NCBI GenBank assembly: GCA_950097015.1
Contig: CATNEN010000038.1
Location: 8,556,001-8,620,000, forward strand
Direction: 5' to 3'
From: Macrostomum hystrix
Taxonomy: Eukaryota; Animalia; Platyhelminthes
DNA: 64,000 bases
Below, in pieces: positions 59,360 to 64,000 of this stretch (within the stretch, counting starts at the first letter, position 1; every line of letters starts with the position of its first letter). Under the pieces are notes generated by a model. The model ran no database searches and was not told the DNA's origin. It saw only the letters and a program-made list of their open reading frames with translations. A program made the translations under genes and the position numbers.

Positions 59360-61252
59360 TTAACCACGAAAACCAGGTGACAGCTGCGCCGATTCGAATT
59401 GAGTCTTTGCGCTTCCATGCCGATGCTCGCACTCTAGGCCAGCTCCGCCTTCAGCTGATGTCTCTCTGGAGTTCTTGCACTTCCTAGCGTCGCTGTGAGC
59501 CGTCCTAATCGAAAGCTTCACCTTCTCATCGTCGCCAATGACATCCTCAGTGTCGACGGCGCTGTCGGACCGTTGCTCCATGTCGAGGCTGATCGAGGAC
59601 TTTTCGGACGAGCCGCCGCTGTCGCCGTCGCCTCGACCTCCACAGCGGCATCCGACCGGGCGCATCTGGCGCACCGTGTTGGGCATCGCCCGGCCGCGGG
59701 TCTCCGGCAGCAGCAGCGTCGACAGGCCAGCCAACACGGTGACGCTGCCGTACAGCAGACTTGGCAGCGGCTGGTACATCTCCGACAGTATGCCGCCTAG
59801 CTCCGGCGCCATGAACTGGCCAAGACCCATGATGCTGAAGGCGAAGAACAGCGAGCAGCTGCGCACCGTTGTCGGCAGGACCTCTGAGCCATAGACGTTC
59901 AGCACGCTGAAGGTGATGGTGATGCTGAACTTTACGGCGATGGCCAGACAGCTGTAAGCCTGGAACACCACTTCGGGGTCGCGCTGCACAAAAGGCATTG
60001 CGATGAGGCCCAGGCCGCAGAAGCACATTGTGCTGAGGGTTGTCGGTTTTCTGCCAATTCTATTGATCATCTGCCAGGCTATGAGGTAGGCCGGGACCTC
60101 CAGCAGGCCCGAGATGAGCACGTTCATGTACACGTCCTTAGTGATGAAGTCCCGCTGGAAGCACATCGAGTGATAGACAAACGAGGACGTGAAGAAATTG
60201 AAGGTCACCACAGCCAGTGTGACCACATAGTCAAGCCTACAGATGTTCTCCTTGGGCAGGCACTTGATCGCGCCGCTAGACGCTGACTCCTCGCTGTTCA
60301 CCAACTCGTTATCGGTAATGTCGAACTTGTCCAGCGCCTCCGGGCAGCCGGAAAACTTGCACACCTGGCGCAGGATTCGTTCGGCTCTGCGCGTTTTACC
60401 CCGGGTGAGCAGCCATCGCGGAGACTCGGGCAACACAGGGATGTAGGTGGCGAAGCTCAGTCCGGTGATGAGAACCACGGCGATCATCTGGTGCCGCCAG
60501 TTCAGCACGTAGTAGCCGATTGCGGCTGAGCCGCAGTAGGCCACCACCCAGGTCATCCAGAACATGTTGCCGTGTAGGCTGCGGTAGTTCTCGCCCACCA
60601 GCTCCGTTATGAGGATGAGGCCCATCAGCAGCGCTGGGTCGCCACAGCCCATAAAGAAGCGCAAGACCATCTGGCCCGTGAGATCCTTGACAAAGACTGT
60701 GGCCACGTTGCAGGCCAAGTTCAGGTAGCAGAATGCTACTAGGATGGGCTTGCGCCCCACGAGGTCTCCTAGAGGGCCTATAAGGGTTGACAGGAAGATG
60801 CCGAACTGCAGCACTGTCTGCATCCGGTCCTTCAAGTACTCGCGCTCGCAGACCATCTCGTACTCAATAAGCATTGTCCAGCGGTTCGGTTGGTCCGGGT
60901 TGAACTTCCAGGCTTCGCACTTATCTAAGCTCAATGGCGTTTCGTTGCCCGACGCTGTCAGAAGGTTTAAAAGACCGTCGGAGCTGTGCCAGAATCTTGG
61001 CGCGCGACAGGTAAAGTCCTCGATGCTGAAGTTCGTAGCGAAGCTGTTATTGCTGGCGACATCCGACCACGCCAGGGTCTGGTTGTCCACGATAGCCTGG
61101 GCGCAGTGGAATGGTACACTAGCCGTAGCCAGATTCATCACGAACATATCGAAGGCGGATTTCATTGATAAGACCGACAGCAGGATCGTGATGGACCAGC
61201 GATAGCATGGGCCGGACTTGGAGATTTGCTTTAGAAGGTCTTCGTAAAGCAT
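59360..61252 (-). CDS. SLC22-family (organic cation/anion, MFS) transporter with a single coding exon
   Basis: Cys- and N-glycosylation-rich first loop ending TMLIEYEMVC, GDLVGRKP, ELVG, PESPRWLL, RIGRK, EVLPTTVR, LLPETRG; about 12 hydrophobic segments. Confidence 0.93.
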   Translation of the reverse strand: MLYEDLLKQISKSGPCYRWSITILLSVLSMKSAFDMFVMNLATASVPFHCAQAIVDNQTLAWSDVASNNSFATNFSIEDFTCRAPRFWHSSDGLLNLLTASGNETPLSLDKCEAWKFNPDQPNRWTMLIEYEMVCEREYLKDRMQTVLQFGIFLSTLIGPLGDLVGRKPILVAFCYLNLACNVATVFVKDLTGQMVLRFFMGCGDPALLMGLILITELVGENYRSLHGNMFWMTWVVAYCGSAAIGYYVLNWRHQMIAVVLITGLSFATYIPVLPESPRWLLTRGKTRRAERILRQVCKFSGCPEALDKFDITDNELVNSEESASSGAIKCLPKENICRLDYVVTLAVVTFNFFTSSFVYHSMCFQRDFITKDVYMNVLISGLLEVPAYLIAWQMINRIGRKPTTLSTMCFCGLGLIAMPFVQRDPEVVFQAYSCLAIAVKFSITITFSVLNVYGSEVLPTTVRSCSLFFAFSIMGLGQFMAPELGGILSEMYQPLPSLLYGSVTVLAGLSTLLLPETRGRAMPNTVRQMRPVGCRCGGRGDGDSGGSSEKSSISLDMEQRSDSAVDTEDVIGDDEKVKLSIRTAHSDARKCKNSRETSAEGGAGLECEHRHGSAKTQFESAQLSPGFRG

Positions 61253-61454
61253 GATTACTGCTTCTACTTTGCTGCTTAATAGGACCGATATGCTCCAGCC
61301 TGTTCATAAGTCTACAATGGAAGAAGAGTTGCAAAGGCGCTATATCACTTTAGTGTTCAGGTGCAAGAAAGTCTTGCTTACAGATCTGGACCATTACGCT
61401 GTCTCGATAGCTGCTCTATATTGATTATTCATGCAAACGTCAGATGGAGAGTGA

Positions 61455-61793
61455 TTGGCGGTCTATCGCGTCTGCCTCTCGCAGCAAGATCCCTGAGCTC
61501 GATTCCGCGGCGAGGCCACATTCATTTGGAGCGCAGCCGCGGAGAGAAGGCTTGAGGGCTTGTCGTGCAATTTACACCCTTGAGGGCCAACCTTCAAGGC
61601 ACAGTGAGAGTGTACAACTGTCTGACGATGAGAAAGTCAGGGCAGATGTACACACCTGTGTGAGCGTGTGCCTGCCTACGGTATCTGTGTGCGTGTGTGC
61701 TCAGGAGTCAGCGGAATGGGCAGAATTGCCTCCTGGCTGCGGGTCACCAAATGATGTGCCATTGCCCGCAGCCCTCCTGCAAATTATTATTAT
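61455..61793 (+). mobile_element. SINE family A copy
   Basis: GCTCGATTCC B box, body colinear with 29002-29371, (ATT)n tail. Confidence 0.88.
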
Positions 61794-63584
61794 TCACACA
61801 GATGTGTACTCACGAGTGTGGCTTCCAATATCCAGTCGCCTCCGACGTTGAGTTTGAATGCTTAGGAGCAGCTACCATACGGCCAGAAAGAGGTACTTGA
61901 AGCTTCTCTGTGCTCTGCAATACTGAAGGCAGGATCGCTCGACGCTGGCTTAAGGACGCCTGACAAATAAAATTGGCGACCTAAAAAGGGCTTCGAAAGA
62001 GAGAGCAATAAAAATTGAGGCCGCGGGAGCAGGCTTTATAGTAAGGCCTTTTCTCTCGACGCCAACCCCGGCTGCCCATGGGTCTGCTCCGCACCTACCC
62101 ACTGCTCCCTTCAGTCCGCAGCGCAGGCAGAACAGCCTCCTACCCCAGTGTACTTGAATGTGCAGTTCTATTCTGTCTCTCTATTCAGCCAGCTGAATCG
62201 CCTTTTTCATCTCCTTCCCACCAGTCCGGGAATTTTCCATGATGCTAAATTTAGCGCTGGGTTTTTTCCTAAGCAGTGTGTTGCAATTCTGTTAGGCGCT
62301 GGTTCTGCATCTCCGCTGCATTGGAGCCCCACTAGCGCTCACTAAATTTACAGTTCAGAGTAGCATTTGGGTGCATAAAAACTGGTGCTTGTCTCGGGAG
62401 TCCTATTGTAGCTAGGGTATGTTCTCGCATTATTTATTAGGTTAGGTAAAGCAAAGTGGCATGCAATTTCGTTTCTGGTTTCTTCTTTATGCCTCACTTT
62501 GGAGTGCGCCTACCTATATGTTTCATTGCTTATTTGCAACTCTATTTGTTTTCGGCTTAAGTTTATACGAAAAACGAGTAGCTTGTAATAAGCATGGCTT
62601 TGTTGTTCATTGCGCCTATTGTTTTTAAGATCTCTGCACTTGATAACAAGGCACAGAGGGGGCAGGTAGGTCACGGGCCAAGAGCCGGCCTACAAAAATG
62701 ATAAAAACCGGAGCATACCGGTTTCTGATGGGACCATCTTCAGCGTGAAGCATCTTTTTTACGGACTTAAAACTGGCCTTCTTGTGGCCCTATCAGTCTG
62801 ATCTCTGAAAACTGCTATTAGAAAAAAATTATTTGACTCTACAGCAGGTTTAGTTAGGCCAAGTCAGATTTCACTTGACTTGACCCATGCAAAACAAATT
62901 CAGTTCCAAGAACCAGCCGGTTCACGCACCACTGTATTTCAGAGCTGGCAGTTCTCGCAGCTCTTTTACTGAATTTTCGCACTTGAAACTTGTCTTTGCT
63001 GGTCACTTTAAGTCCAGAAGGTTCTGCAATTCATGCAGTGACGCGTGCAGGCGAGTGACCTAATTTCGGCTGTTAATTAAAGTACACGTTGGCACGGCGG
63101 CTTAGTAACTTCTGCGTCTAACCTCTAAATACTTTTGCAGGTATTCCAGAGGCAGCAGGGAAATTTGAGATCATTTGAAGGTGAAAACTTCCCCGAAACG
63201 ATGGATCTCGATTTGGGGATTTGAATAATTCATTCATTCAGCCATGCAATAGCATTCGCATACAAAAAGCAGTGGCAGTAGCTGCAGTGGCCGGTAGAGT
63301 TTGTTTATACGAGCGTACATGTCGATGGTGACTATTATGATCATGAGTTAGATTGTATATTTGCGACTGCTCATAGCAAAACTGAACAAAAAGAGACTGA
63401 AGAAGCAGATTGCTGACAAAAATATCCGACACCGTGAAGGTTGTCCATGCAGCTCTATGTACACTCATTTTAAGCATTGCTACACATTTGAAGTACGCTA
63501 CTATTGTCAGTAGGCCATGCAGCACACACTGACGAAATATTGTAATCGAGGCAAATCAGATCGAATTTTATGACCTTAGCCCAT

Positions 63585-63918
63585 CAAATCCACGCTGTCG
63601 CCCTCCAAATCCACTGTGTCGCCCTCCAAATCCATTGTGTCGCCATCCAAATCCACTGTGTCGCCATCCAAATCCACTGTGTCGCCATCCAAATCCACTG
63701 TATCGCCCTCCAAATCTACTGTGTCGCCCTCCAAATCCACTGTATCGCCCTCCAAACTACTGTGTCGCCCTCAAAATCCAGTGTGTCGCCATCCAAATCC
63801 ACTGTGTCGCCATCCAAATCCACTGTGTCGCCATCCAAATCCATTGTGTCGCCATCCAAATCCACTGTGTCGCCATCCAAATCCACTGTGTCGCCATCCA
63901 AATCCACTGTGTCGCCCT
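63585..63918. repeat. 21-bp minisatellite (CCAAATCCACTGTGTCGCCAT)
   Basis: About 16 copies. Confidence 0.95.
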
Positions 63919-64000
63919 TTAATTTAAGAAATGTGAGACTCAAGTCAAATTTACTACTCGAGCTGTGAGGCATTTTAGGAAACGATATATACTCGAGTTT

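Overview
Eukaryotic (metazoan) genomic DNA with GC-rich exons, GT-AG introns and very abundant minisatellites. The style suggests a flatworm such as Macrostomum, but this is inference only. Supported protein genes: the 3' exon of a TOM1-family GAT-domain gene, an RGG/Q-rich low-complexity gene, a small EGF-repeat gene, a 4-EF-hand calmodulin-like gene, an orphan ORF, MICOS MIC26/27 (APOO-like), a spliced type II (alternative) NADH dehydrogenase, an ankyrin-SOCS box (ASB) gene, COX15, ITPK1 and an intronless SLC22 transporter. Most long ORFs in the ORF track are artefacts of about 20 tandem-repeat arrays, including a ~10.5 kb satellite with a 14-bp unit. Mobile DNA includes three tRNA-headed SINE families (one with a CORE domain), two hAT MITEs with 8-bp TSDs, and internally deleted mariner and Tc1 elements. 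The most notable signal is a complete HDV/CPEB3-type self-cleaving ribozyme fold at 12495-12631 (+). It lies about 160 nt downstream of a TATA-preceded, intronless, basic 125-aa orphan ORF and directly upstream of a satellite block.
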